Origin: Octopus bimaculoides
Lineage: Eukaryota
Assembly: GCF_001194135.2 (NCBI RefSeq)
Contig: NC_068993.1
Location: 3,729,475 to 3,793,474, forward strand
Reading direction: 5' to 3'
DNA length: 64,000 nucleotides
Part shown: one piece after another, positions 13,346 through 26,860 of the stretch
How the letters are laid out: every line of letters starts with the position of its first letter
Numbering within the stretch: the first letter of the stretch is position 1
The notes under the pieces: model-generated
The model's database searches: none
What the model was told of the DNA's origin: nothing
The model's input: the letters and a program-made list of their open reading frames with translations, nothing else
Program-made: the position numbers and the translations under genes

Positions 13346-15768
13346 GGCCATGTCTTGTATTCCCACCACCATCACTAAAATGTATATCATGGCGGTTGGC
13401 AATATATTAGCAGATCTTATTGCCAGGAGCCATTACAAAGAAACGGACGACGCAGTTTTCGTTTGCACAACAGTACTAAGAAGAAATCATACGCAACACG
13501 TTTCGAGTTTATCAAAAGCTTGTGTAGGAAGGTAAGTGAATATGATAACACATTACTCAATGGCTGGTAGAACTGTGCTGGTGTGTGAAGAGGAAGAGCG
13601 GAAACAGCTTTTGTTGTTGATAGCGTTGAAACAATTAGCTGCCGAAGCTCTAAAGAGGCCGATTGGTTGAAATGGTGCTGGAAAACAAACCATGGTTGGC
13701 ACATCATTTAGTGTATTTTGGCATGGAGGATACTTAACTGAAACAGAAACTGGCTTTTGATGAATAGTTATTTGACACGAAAGGAAATTTGTGATAGCAA
13801 GTAACAACTGCAACGACAATTATAGTACCGGGAGGAGAAACAATAGCAACAACAAGAACAAAAAAAATAAAAATAATGGAGACTACTATTACAATAACAA
13901 CAATAACAGCACCAGGGAAAGAAATTATACAAGCAACAACAAAACCAACAACATCAACATCACTTACACCACCGGGAAGACAGATACTTGTAACCATAAC
14001 ATCAAATACAGTAGCAGAAGCAGCAACAGCAGCAAGGCCAACAACAATGACAATAGCGTCAGAAAATCCATTGTTTGTAATGATTAGATCACAGAGATAG
14101 GCAAGATGGCCGAAGGTGTGACCGAAACAACGGCGCTATAGACAAAACACATGTTCTATATTACGTTTTATGTTCAAATTTCGTCGGGACATTCTTTTGA
14201 CTTTTATGCTTCTGGTCCCATTATAAGCTAGGCAGTCGTCTCCTAATAAATTTGGTGTGTCTTATACGACTTAGTTATTATAATTACTGCAGAATCTACA
14301 GAGCATTGCTTTTTATGCACTTCGGTTTTAAAAACCTGCCGAGTTCAGCTTCATTTATTATCTTTCAAACATCGATAAAATAAAGTACCAGCTAAATAGT
14401 TTGTAGACTTACGGCAATAATCCCCTTCCACCACAAAATTTGCGTCTTTGCTTTTGCGTTAGAAATTATTATGCATCATTTCCACCATCACTACTTTTAC
14501 TACCACTACAACTGCCGCATCTACTGCAATGCAACTACAGCAACAGCAAAAACATATTACTAAATATAGTAAATGGATGTCGGTGGGAACTTCCGTGCAC
14601 GAGTGTTCATTTGTGCTATTTACAAGTCTAACTGACTAATCTTGTATCGGGTTGAGTATTCTACAGTCGTTTGTACCCTTAATGGAATTTTCAGAACTCT
14701 TAAATTGCAGCTACAATCCAGCCATCGAGCTTCCACACAGCCTCCGTTTGTACAATTCCACTCGCATAGTATGCGCCCATCATAGGCTAGTGAAATTTAA
14801 TGTAGCAATATATTTATGATAAACCAGTGCTAATAAGTCCGTGCGCAAATTTTAAGCAATACTTTGTTCAAATGTTTGGGAAAACGGAGGGTTCGACAAC
14901 AGGATCATTAGCGTTCACCTTTAATGAGCTATCGAACCTTTCACAGGAGGAGTAGAGCGTGTGGAAAAAGTCGAAAATAACAGTAGACGTGAGTGTTGAG
15001 CAAAGAACTTTTTCTTATTACAATGAATAGCTCCACTTTCATGTGAACATGATGGAGTTGTTCCTTAGTCTGATGACGGAGGTATTAACGGTAGATAAAA
15101 TGTACGAGTTAAATTGTCATACTAGCAAAAGCAGCATACTTACCCTCAAATCATGCGCTCTTGTTTTTCTTTATCGGCCAAAATAATCTGGAGCTGTAAA
15201 ATACACGAATAGATGAAATGGTCATGGCTAGAATACATTTTATGTATATTACCTGGATCAGATTTAAGCGGCAAAAGACAGCAACAAAAGCAACAACAGT
15301 AACAGAAAGATATACAACAATGACAGAGATACAATGTGGTCATTGAATTTCATGGAAACAACAGGAATATATTTTTGAAATCGCACTTTAAGAAAAGGAA
15401 GAACATACGTTTGATAATTTAGCCCCAGGACGAGATGGCCGCAAGTAGCATGCATCTAGTCTTAGGTTGGCCGATAAGGGATGACCAAGGGCTGGACAAC
15501 GGCAGTGATGAGAGTGACAATATCCTTTGCACTGGTTGAGAAACATTATCAATATGGAAGGCTTAATGAAAAATACCAACCCAGATAGCAAGAAGTATAG
15601 GAAGTGATACACAATGTACGTGTGTATAATAAACACACACAGGGACACACACGCACACACATATATACATACATGCATGTATAAACACAGAGACGGACAC
15701 AGAGAGAGGCGGTTAGAGAGAGAAAGAGAGAGACTTTCTTTTAGAGAGAGAGAGAGAGAGAGACTTTC

Positions 15769-15807
<39 letters not shown>

Positions 15808-16227
15808 CTTTGAGAGAGAAACTTTCTTTGAATAAACAAGAGGTTTTAATGTACAGAAATATCTGTCATGAGTAGTTCAAATAGCCAGACTTATAAACTA
15901 AGTAGTAAGCATGTATAGTTATCAGACACTCTATTGTATTCAATGGTGACCCCCATACAGATGGTAATTAATCGCTTGGCTTCCGAACTACAGTTCATTC
16001 AAGTAGAAAGTCATGATTGCATCAATCTCTGTCGTGAGCTTCGTTGAACAAAAGAACTAATATTAGAAACTCGAGATACGTCGTAAGGAAAGATGTGTCG
16101 TTCACGAAACGTTAAACGGTAGCGGAATTCCGATCACTTTCCATTTGTAGTTGTTGTGCTTGTATTGTTTTGTCCGACATATATATATACATAGATATAT
16201 ATATATATATATGTACATATACATATC

Positions 16228-16266
<39 letters not shown>

Positions 16267-16697
16267 NNNNNNNNNNNNNNNNNNNNNNNNNNNNNNNNNN
16301 NNNNNNNNNNNNNNNNNNNNNNNNNNNNNNNNNNNNNNNNNNNNNNNNNNNNNNNNNNNNNNNNNNNNNNNNNNNNNNNNNNNNNNNNNNNNNNNNNNNN
16401 NNNNNNNNNNNNNNNNNNNNNNNNNNNNNNNNNNNNNNNNNNNNNNNNNNNNNNNNNNNNNNNNNNNNNNNNNNNNNNNNNNNNNNNNNNNNNNNNNNNN
16501 NNNNNNNNNNNNNNNNNNNNNNNNNNNNNNNNNNNNNNNNNNNNNNNNNNNNNNNNNNNNNNNNNNNNNNNNNNNNNNNNNNNNNNNNNNNNNNNNNNNN
16601 NNNNNNNNNNNNNNNNNNNNNNNNNNNNNNNNNNNNNNNNNNNNNNNNNNNNNNNNNNNNNNNNNNNNNNNNNNNNNNNNNNNNNNNNNNNNNNNNA

Positions 16698-16737
<40 letters not shown>

Positions 16738-18879
16738 CATACATACATACATACATACATACATACATACATACATACATACTTACATGCAAACGAACAT
16801 GTGACCACGTGCGGTTGTGTGCGTAGTTGAGCGCGTTAGTCTGCATGTGTGCTTTGTGAAAGCGGAAGAAGTGAGGCCCTATGGGGAAATACTCGGTTGT
16901 ATTTTATTAGGGATACGCGAATATTTCCCAGATTCGTTTATATTTCTCTTTAGAAGTTTTCACTCTACACCTATCAACTTGCCTAAAATTTTGTTGGAAA
17001 ATTTCTTTATTTATTCATATTTTCATCTATTTAATTCTACATTTCTTTGTCTGTCACTCCAATTCTTTGAACCTTATTAATAGTTTAAATCAGTTATTGT
17101 CTTAGGATGTATATCGGGTCGTGTTTGACAGGCGAATGAGTTACATTAGGTTATTTTTTTCTTAATATGACAAACGGAAATGAATTTTGTCACTACGCCG
17201 TAATCATTGAAAGGTTACCGATTGATACAGTGTCATTAAGAATAATAATATTAAATGCTTGTTGGTCCGCATCCAACGAAGTCGAAAATGTGCTCAATAA
17301 ACTGAATACATAATATTACTATTTTATAACATTACGTGCGAGATTTCTTTCCCTACATCATACACCGAACGCAATGTGTAAGACGTCATACTTCCCATAT
17401 AACTGTAATTCAAGGCGAACTTTTTAAAAATAGTTCACATTAACAAGAAATTTCCTTGTAAAAGTTGGTTTCAGTCAAATAGAAGGCATCTGAATGCATT
17501 AATCCAAACTATCAGAGGGGGATCTTACTGTTTTACGACAGATTTATAACGGTATTGCCGGAAATGTAAATATATTCCGAAAATATTGCAGATTTGTAGA
17601 TGGCAACTCTTCTTCTCAATCTGTTAAAGAATACGACTGCTTAAAGTGCTGCTTGAACGAAACACTTGTTCGTAGGTGTAATCCTGTCCACTTTACATTC
17701 ACATGACTTGTATGAGACTCTACCTACTTCTAGTACAAAGGTGTTTGAGGAGAAAAATAATGGACATATATACATGTATAGTGCATGAGCGTGTCTCTGA
17801 GTGTGTGTCAATGTGACCACATGTGTACGAGCTTGCGAATATATGCGTTATTTACCGCAGAAAATGTTCCGATATAGATAGTGAAGCAGCACTTCAACAA
17901 ATCGTTTGAGAACAACACTTAATATCTTCCAAAATCTCATTTGTTCATATCTCTACAGCTANNNNNNNNNNNNNNNNNNNNNNNNNNNNNNNNNNNNNNN
18001 NNNNNNNNNNNNNNNNNNNNNNNNNNNNNNNNNNNNNNNNNNNNNNNNNNNNNNNNNNNNNNNNNNNNNNNNNNNNNNNNNNNNNNNNNNNNNNNNNNNN
18101 NNNNNNNNNNNNNNNNNNNNNNNNNNNNNNNNNNNNNNNNNNNNNNNNNNNNNNNNNNNNNNNGTTATTTACCGGAGAAAATGTTCCGATATAGATAGTG
18201 AAGCAGCACTTCAACAAATCGTTTGAGAACAACACTTAATATCTTCCAAAATCTCATTTGTTCATATCTCTACAGCTATCTTTCGGTTCTGTTAAGCGAT
18301 AGCATCTTCATTATTTGTGAGTTTGGTGACCTCTCGTAATGAAGTTCCAAAGTTTGGGTCAACGTAAGGAAATTGTACCTTTAAGTGATTTCACAAGAAC
18401 GAAATTACATTCATATAAACACCTTTTAATCCATGGAGACCTTTCTCACCCTGCAACCATTGTTAAAGTTATACACAACTGGAAATATTAGGTAACATTG
18501 AATTTTACTTCAGAGTTACAACAAACCTGAAAATAAAATCACCTCTAGCTTTATTAATGTCTCTTAGCGAGTTGTATAACTGAAAGACTAGCTAGGCTTC
18601 TTCAAAAGTCAATTAATACTGTAAATTAACGGTGTTTGATGGGAAGTTTGAAAAAGTCGTGTACTGAATAAAAACAATATAACACGCAACAATGTGTTTA
18701 TTATATATCCGAGTACATAAAATACGTCTGTGGTGGTGGTGGGCGATTATGGACTCTCCCGTCGAAGACGAAATATGAGGGTTCAGCCTTTGCTGAATGA
18801 GCAGCACAAATAATTTGTTTATAGCGATCAAATAATCGTGCCGCAAGGTAGCTCAACTGTCCCTCTATCAAATCGACGT

Positions 18880-18958
18880 TGTCTGGTGTTGAAGTGATCG
18901 CAGAGCAACGTGAAATGAAGTGTTTTGCTCAAGAACACAATGCACCACCCGGTCTATT
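18880..18958 (-). mobile_element. SINE fragment (same family as 52176-52428)
   Basis: Reverse complement gaccgggtggtgcattgtgttcttgagcaaaacacttcatttcacgttgctctgcgatcacttc is near-identical to 52228-52290. Confidence 0.85.
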
Positions 18959-19459
18959 AACTCTTGTGAACATAACAAATCTTTTATTCGGATAGCTCTA
19001 TAGCACAATATGTTCGTGAAATTGCATTGACAAGCATCTAAGCTAAGTGAAGCGAAGGAAAAGATCATTTGTTTAAGACATCTCATGGTTATTTGGAACT
19101 GGAGAAATCAATGATTGGGAAAACAAGGCCTCAGCCATTCCGCCACACCTGAGACCAATCAAACATACACATGAGCACCAAAGAATAAGGTAAAAGGAAC
19201 AAACAATTATTCCTTACTGCTTGAGTAACGCAGTAAACAGGGGGTTTTTTGCGGGGGGGGGCTTCTTTGCTGCAGAAACGTATGTAATTATATAAAACAA
19301 TGAATACATAATATATAGTACACACATATAGGTCGAAAGACACACACGCATATAACTTATGTATTGAAAGATAGAGATACAAAAATAGTTTTATTCTCAA
19401 ATGCACGATAAAGTATGAACAGGATAAACTTTCCATATTTTGCTAAAAAATCTGTCGGC

Positions 19460-19532
19460 GGCCGGCCATGAGACTCGAACTCGTAACCCTGTGATTATGC
19501 GTCAAGTGCTTTACCATTAAACTAAAAACTGC
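19460..19532 (-). pseudogene. tRNA pseudogene with CAT at the anticodon position (tRNA-Met-like)
   Basis: 73 nt. D-stem GTTT/AAGC pairs fully; A box TAGTTTAATGG and B box GAGTTCGAGTC are present; T6 terminator ~10 nt downstream. Damage: anticodon loop CGCATAA (G33 instead of U), 2 anticodon-stem, 2 acceptor-stem and 1 T-stem mismatches, and one extra T. Confidence 0.75.
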
Positions 19533-20789
19533 CCAACGGCAAATTCTTCTGCAATTTTAGGATATTTAAATCTAGCTTTATAAGACGCTATCGTTCTCCT
19601 GCAAAATATAGATAGTTTATCCATATATGATAAAGAAGGCTTTTATGGAAAATTGTTAACTTCAAACAATACTAACTCTTATTTTACGAAGATATGGATA
19701 AACACACCATATGGATAGTTTATCAAGAGGTCATCGTATCTCGTACCAGAAGACATATCTAATTCCTTGAGACCCAGTCTACTGATTTCGGCGTATTCTC
19801 CACTTTAAACAACGGCAACACTATGTATCTAATTAATGTCTACTCAGCATATAAAGCCCTGGTCAAATCCTCTGCCAAACAAGCCAGCAACGATAGGTTA
19901 AGGCACTCTTTAAGAACGATGTCTTTTAATATATGTATTTTACTTGGCTTCTGATCTTGATGAATCGAAAGAAAGGATTATATTTTGATATTAATAAAGG
20001 GGAAAAAACTGGGACTTGTGTTGGGCAGAAATATCTTTCATCTCGATATGGCAAATGAAATTAAACGCTTAATAATTAGTTTGGCGTGAATATTTATCGG
20101 GGACTAGAGAGTAATTAAAGAAATTGATTTGAATTCCTAATCTAGGATTAGTCAAAGAAAGTTAGACGCTCGGTCTGGTCAATAAATATTGGACAGTTGC
20201 TTTCGTTAACCTATACAGACTGTGCGCAATCATACGATATAACCATGTGACTCATAAATATGCGTAACACACTAATATTGAAGCCTTTTCTTTTGTGTAT
20301 AATGATGTTTAATTCTCTGGAAATTGCGCTGTACATAATCATGTATGTACATAATGACTCATTTCCTTACTTCTTCATTCATTTTATCGTTTCCTTATTT
20401 ATTTAACTGTTTATATCATTATTTTTGTTTTGTTTTGTTTCGTTTTTGTTTCTATATTGTTTGCTGTAAACAAAAGTGCAGATGGCATCACTTAATAGTA
20501 GCTGATAAACAGTGGCTTCGACAAGTCTATATCACTAACTATCACTTGTTTGTCTGTCCTCTACAAACTATCTGAAGTGGCGTACCAGCAGTCTTTTTTT
20601 TACAACGTACCAGGAACCATTAATATTTCTTAGTAATATTAATTTAAACTGGAAACAATATATAATGAACATGATAAGAGTTTACAATTTTTTTTTATCT
20701 TTTATTTATTTTGTAAACAATTAACACAATATTACATAGGCATTTTATACGCATTTCATACGCATGTTATGTTTCTTTCTCTTCTAGAA

Positions 20790-20843
20790 ACTCGCCGCGT
20801 ACCGGCAGCTGATAGCTGCGGACCACCACTTTGAGTAGCACTG
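20790..20843 (-). mobile_element. hAT (Charlie/MER5-like) transposon terminus
   Basis: Reverse complement starts CAGTGCTACTCAAAGTGGTGGTCCGCAGC, which resembles Charlie-type TIRs. No convincing partner TIR or TSD was found (a weak CAGTGG occurs at 20510). Confidence 0.55.
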
Positions 20844-21608
20844 CCCTACATCACACTCTAGGCTATAACGACAGTTATAATGTTTAAACAAACAGGACGG
20901 TGCTAGCCATAATATTTTGTCAATTAAACAACTTCTTGTGTTTAAAAAAACTGAACTGATATAGAGTGATATTAAAGAATCATCAAACATCGCTGTTTTG
21001 GCTTGATTTAACCCTCTCAGTGATGAACATCACTTGTAATAGCCTACAATTTTAAGAAGTTTCTAATACTTTTATTGATTTATTGCAGATGTCTTTGTTG
21101 ACTTGTTCTTTTTAACATTATTTTATGTTAAAAGTAAAGTTGTAAGTTTTTATTTTTCTTAACGCCTTTCCCTCTGTTTTCTGGTCTGAGAGAAACAATA
21201 TAATATGTCAGATTTAGATGTATAATTACTACTTTTTTAATTTTTTGCTGGGGGCTATTTTTCTCATTACTGTTTCTACTCTGTTTCTATGCAAATTACA
21301 TAAATGCAATAAAACTATTTAAGCACAATAACTAGTGGTAAGAATATTTCATTAACTTTTCTTGTATTAGGCTTCTCATTATTAGTATAGAATTAACGCC
21401 ACTAATCAGCGCTTTTATATAAAACTACAATATTGCCTTGACTTTTGGACCATGTTAAGTAGCTAAATAAATATTCATTTTAGAGCAATCTAAACCGCAA
21501 AACTCTTCTGAGTTAACAAAGGAAAAAATGTTCAAAAATAATTTAGTCATAAAGTATATTCCAGAATGAATTGCCAGTTTTCTTTTGCCGTTTAATTTAT
21601 GTAAGAAC

Positions 21609-21660
21609 AGACAGACAGACAGACAAACAGATAGATAGATAGATAGATAGAAAGACAGAC

Positions 21661-21722
<62 letters not shown>

Positions 21723-21772
21723 GCAGAGTGACAAACAGACAGACAGATAGATAGATAGATAGATAGACAGAC

Positions 21773-21824
<52 letters not shown>
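21609..21824. repeat. (GATA)n/(GACA)n compound microsatellite
   Basis: Direct reading. Confidence 0.95.
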
Positions 21825-22462
21825 GAGGTATACGAACGGAATCTCAAACATGCTACATCAGCTTACCAGGGAAGGAATTATAGTAATTAGATGTATTTAT
21901 GTTTCAGCAAGATTTGCATGTATGCATATTTGCAAATAGATGCAAGTATAAATGTATACATATTTACACATATATTTCTGCGTGGGAAGGTATATGTGTT
22001 GGAACATTTATCTAATGTAAATATTGAACAATAAATGTAAAAAATCATTGTAGATTTTTGTAAATATATGGTATCCAATAAAATGCTGAAAGACGCATTT
22101 ATGCTTATATTCTGTGATGAATTTTGCAGATACCACGCGGATTGAGATATCATATTGGTTCCAAACTGATTAGCGAATATTTAGCAAATTACTTGTTGAA
22201 ACATTAGAAAACCCTTTAGGATGTCTAAAGCTTGCATATTACCAATGGAGTTGCATTTAGATTGAAATCACCGTTTCTCTCCTTCTCTTGCACGCAAAAT
22301 AAATATCCACACATACATTTCTATGTATGTATGTATGTATGTATGTATGTGTGCGTATATATATATATATATATANNNNNNNNNNAGAGAGAGAAGGAGA
22401 CAGGGAGATACATGCACACACATACACAGATCTATCTGTCTATCTATTTATCTCTCTATCTA

Positions 22463-22513
<51 letters not shown>

Positions 22514-25500
22514 GTTGGTAAATAGACAAAGAGCAGCAGTAAGAAAGCATGGCCGAATTCATAAGTATTTAATGAGTCACATGCACATAGATTCAGTATA
22601 CGTGCCAACATTACACACATCCATGCACAAACAAGCCTTCACATACACAACCATACATAGTTGCCTGCAGTGTAGTAATTTGTTATTTGAATAATCTCAA
22701 ACTCTTTACGTCATCAATAAATCTTCATATCATATTATTTCATGAAATCTTTTACAGCGTGTATATGACATTTTTTTTTTGCTTATATTTTCAATAGCGA
22801 CATCTTTCATGTTGCTTTTGAATAGTTTTTTCTTTTAGTACAAGCTGTTCAATAAGTATCCGTCAGAACCCACTGTGGACGAAACTGCAAATATTTAATT
22901 AACTCTTTTTGCAATCCTGCCTAGTTTGTGATTGCTTTTTTATCTTTCCGAAGTCGATAAAATTGTACCAAAGAAAGACTTGAGAGTCAATATAGTCAAC
23001 TATATTCTAAACACATATTTATGGCCTTGTGTCTATTTTAGAAGTTAGGACAGCACATTTATAGAACCATTTGATAATTGAGCAAATTCCTTGCGGTCTT
23101 TAGTCCCGACTATCAATGCTATGAGATCAAATACTGTTGAGGTCATATTTGCCTTTCATATTTACTAATCTTTAAATTGAATTAACAATAAAGTATTTAC
23201 TGCTAATGTAATTAACTTTTCACTCTCTACCAAAACTATTTCTGGCCCCTTTTATATTTTGGAAAGGATTATTGCTATTGTAATTCATAATTTCGATTTA
23301 ATTGTTATCGTATATTTCATTCTACAAGCTAGTGCAGCCTTGTCCCCCATTAGTTTACGCTTCTATTGAATTGGAAGAAATCTTTGATATTTGTCCAGTG
23401 CCGTATAACGGTATTTACTTTGTGTTAACTTTGTTAATATTTTCTAATAAAAAAAAACAAAGGTTTGCTTTGAGCAAAATTAAGACAGCATCATATAGAT
23501 TAAGCTCCTAATGAACTCAAATAAGGCCTCGTATACTACTGTTGCTTCTATCATGTATTAGAAGTGTGGAGATAACTGATTACATATGATCTTATTCGAC
23601 TTCCTGGCATGTGATTTGAAGCTTTTGTATTCCTTTTATTATATATTTGAACAGGCCACTTTCATTTGTATGATCTGAATTCATCTCGCATATCGTAACA
23701 CGTCGCTACAAAAGCCGATTTCCACTGTTCCAAAAATATAAGGTTTTTGTAAAATTATTCTCTTTGCATGAAATGGAAAGCTCTGCTTAGTGGAGATGTA
23801 AATTAAAGTAAGATGAAAACAAAAATTAAGAATATCAGAAAAATAACATCAAATATTATTTTTGGGGGTCATGGAAAGGTAAAAACAAAATAACCAGGAC
23901 GGAATTTGAAATAAGGAGGGAGAGAGATGTAAAATAAATGCTGTTATACAATTTTTCCAACATCTGACTGTTTATGGCAACATTCCACCCGTGAGAGTTT
24001 TAGGATATTGATTAATATGAGATGGTACTCTGGTATGTATTTAATACGTTAAACTAAAACCTGTTTGATTTAGTGTCACAAACAGCGTATCACAAAACCA
24101 ATAGATATTTTTTCTTTCAGATTCTCTTAATTGATTGATTCTAGCCAAAGTGACATCAGCAGAATGTTCTACTGAAATTCAACAAATACAAGGTTTATAC
24201 CACTTTCTGTCATCTTATATAGATTGCGATTAGATAAAACACGTTCATCCAAAATAAATATACAAGTCTCTCTCTGACTCTGTTTCAGTCAGTTTGGCTG
24301 AATGTCGATCTCACTGTTTCTTTTTTCCCTCTATCTCTGTCTGTCTTTCTTCATCTGCTTCTGGAAGTAAGACCTTAAAACGAAACATCGGCCGTATCTA
24401 GAGAAACGTTTCAAATATAAAACATAAAATTATATATACAAATGTGCAATGTATGCATTTACATGTTTTACAATAAATAATAACTGCGTTGTAAATCCGA
24501 GGAATTAGTAAACTTCCAGGCATAACCCTGGTTTGACAGAAAATTGCTTATAAAGCATAAAACATCTACGAGAGAGCTAACCAGTCTTTTCCAAGTAATA
24601 TTTTCAGAATATGTAGTAAGCATTCATTTATAGCCTGAACAAGTTAAGACCTCGACGTGGACTGTATACAACGACCACTAAGTTTCTACAGACGGTTCCA
24701 ACTAGGCTGATGTTAGCAAGTAGTAGACTATGTTATGTTTCCCGTCATTTCAACACTACGCGCGCGTAAGAGGAGTAATCTCTATAGAGAGAAAACTTGA
24801 TCAAAGTTACGCATGGCCTTGATCTAGATTATGATGGCTGAAATGGATTTGTTAGAGACTGATAAGCAAATATTTATATAATAAAAAGAGCATGCAAGCA
24901 CATATCACACCAGCTGCAGTATGCACATGTGGATATATGTGTGCATATGCATGTGTCTATGTATAGAGTATATATGCATAAATACTTATGTGCATTTATT
25001 AATGTATACACGTAAATACATATGTATATTTATTATATATAACACTTCTTATATCCAATAAACGTGTATTTATGTATAGAAAATATACCCGCGTATATAT
25101 ATATATATATATNNNNNNNNNNATATGTATGTATGTATATGTATATGTATAAATATATATACTTACATATATCTAAAAATATATGTATACATATATATAT
25201 ATATATATTTACGGATGTATATGTCGCTGTGTTTTGGCATTGTATGTATATGCGAGCGCCTAGTGTCCATGGGTTATTCGCGTGTCCGGCTAACTCGAAT
25301 TAAATAGCTCTTGCTTGAGTAGTAATTCCATGTTGATAGCACTGATGACTGAGAAGGGAAAGCCAGAGATATTTTTATATTGTATGTTTGCTAACCATGG
25401 GAAAATCCAAAATCAATCAAAGGTCCACTACACAAAAGAATTATTGATCTCTGCTGCCATATTTTAGCTGAGTATCAATATTGCAAGGTGAGTGATTCAC

Positions 25501-26099
25501 CGGAGACTGAATATAAACATAAGAGGTTTGATGATATCACAAATGTTGGTCAGCTTTGGAGTGAGTTATAAGAAATGCCATATGGTTAGATGACATTATG
25601 CAGTGGATTCGATACCTGGATAGCCGTCGGCTGGCTGAATGTACAAATGTATTAATAGACAAACGGACAGGTATTTAGTTTCATTGGCAATTAACTGTTT
25701 GTTGGTTCATGGTTTGCTGAACAGCCGTCCTTGTGGCATGAATAATTTGTTGATTGCAGGAAATGCAGTGACTGCAACAACATTAGAAGTTAACAAACAA
25801 TTAACATTAACGCAATCACTAAATTAGTTTCTACTGCTATTCTAGCTTAAAGATGAAATATAATTGTTATAATGCAATGATACACCACAGTGATATTGGC
25901 TCTGTGTGACGAAGGATATAAAAGAATCGAAACAAGAACAACAATAACGTCAGAAACGGTTACAATATAGGAATACAACGTCAGAAACTGCAACAATGAT
26001 AGCGGGAAAGGAAATACAAAAATATGACAGAATAGAGAAATACACGCAACAACTATAAAAAGAAACAGTGAGGCGGATAAGACAGAAAACAACACCGGT

Positions 26100-26100
26100 G

Positions 26101-26169
<69 letters not shown>

Positions 26170-26374
26170 TAAAATTCAAATTACGATGAAAGTAAACAAA
26201 CAAACAAAAATAATAATAACAACAACAACAACAACAGCAACAATAATAATAGCAATAATAATAATAATATTAGTAATGATGACGATGATGATGATGATGA
26301 TGTTGGTGGTGGTGGCGGTGATGTTGATAATGATGATTATGATGATCATGATGATTGTGATGATCATGATCATG

Positions 26375-26450
<76 letters not shown>

Positions 26451-26470
26451 TAACAACAACAACGATGTGG
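26100..26470. repeat. (AAT)n, (ATG)n and (AAC)n compound trinucleotide tracts
   Basis: Direct reading; explains the poly-I/M/L ORFs in the track. Confidence 0.95.
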
Positions 26471-26700
26471 AAAACAAACAGGAAGCATAAATATAAAAAC
26501 AACGCAAATATAAGAAACTCCAAAAATAACAGAGAAATAAATAAAACACAAAAAAGAAACAAAACAATCTCAGCACTAACAATAACAGTAATAATTTACT
26601 CTAAAACAATACCAAATAATGTAATAAAGAATTTTCTGCTTAAGTTGTTTGCTAAATTGTTTCTACTGATCTCTATTAACATGGATTGGAATCTTCATAC

Positions 26701-26860
26701 CGAGTAATTCTATTGCAACATGTGTCTTCTCAGCCATTACTATATCAACTCAGGTGTACCACAAGGATCGGTTGTCCTTCAATATTTTTCTTGTTTGGAT
26801 TATTAGCATCTTCATTGTAACCTCTACATACATGCGACCCTAAATAAACGACAACGCACT
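26701..26860 (+). mobile_element. Decayed non-LTR retrotransposon RT fragment (CR1/L2-like)
   Basis: tcaggtgtaccacaaggatcggtt (26750-26773) encodes SGVPQGSV. With frameshifts it is preceded by RVILxxVSSQPL and followed by GPSIFFLF, matching the RT motif SGVPQGSVLGPxLF. Confidence 0.7.

Noticed and set aside
13390-13819. Overlapping ORFs and a GAAG|gtaagt donor as a coding exon
   Set aside because: No frame resembles a known protein, and both strands give equally unconvincing peptides.
13791-14100. Thr-rich mucin-like ORF
   Set aside because: It derives from a degenerate (ACA/AAC)n low-complexity tract; no signal peptide or splice support.
16087-16117. GGAAAGA-T-GTG..CAC-GAAACGTT as a hammerhead
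   Set aside because: The CUGA box is missing and stem I does not pair; too degenerate to claim.
25348-25375. CTGATGA-CT-GAGA-AG-GGAAA as a hammerhead
   Set aside because: Only a 2-bp stem II, with no stem I, stem III or cleavage triplet.
25607-25630. ADGYPG collagen-like micro-exon on the minus strand
   Set aside because: It overlaps a B-box-like GGATTCGATACC SINE-head remnant, and the Gly register is not maintained.
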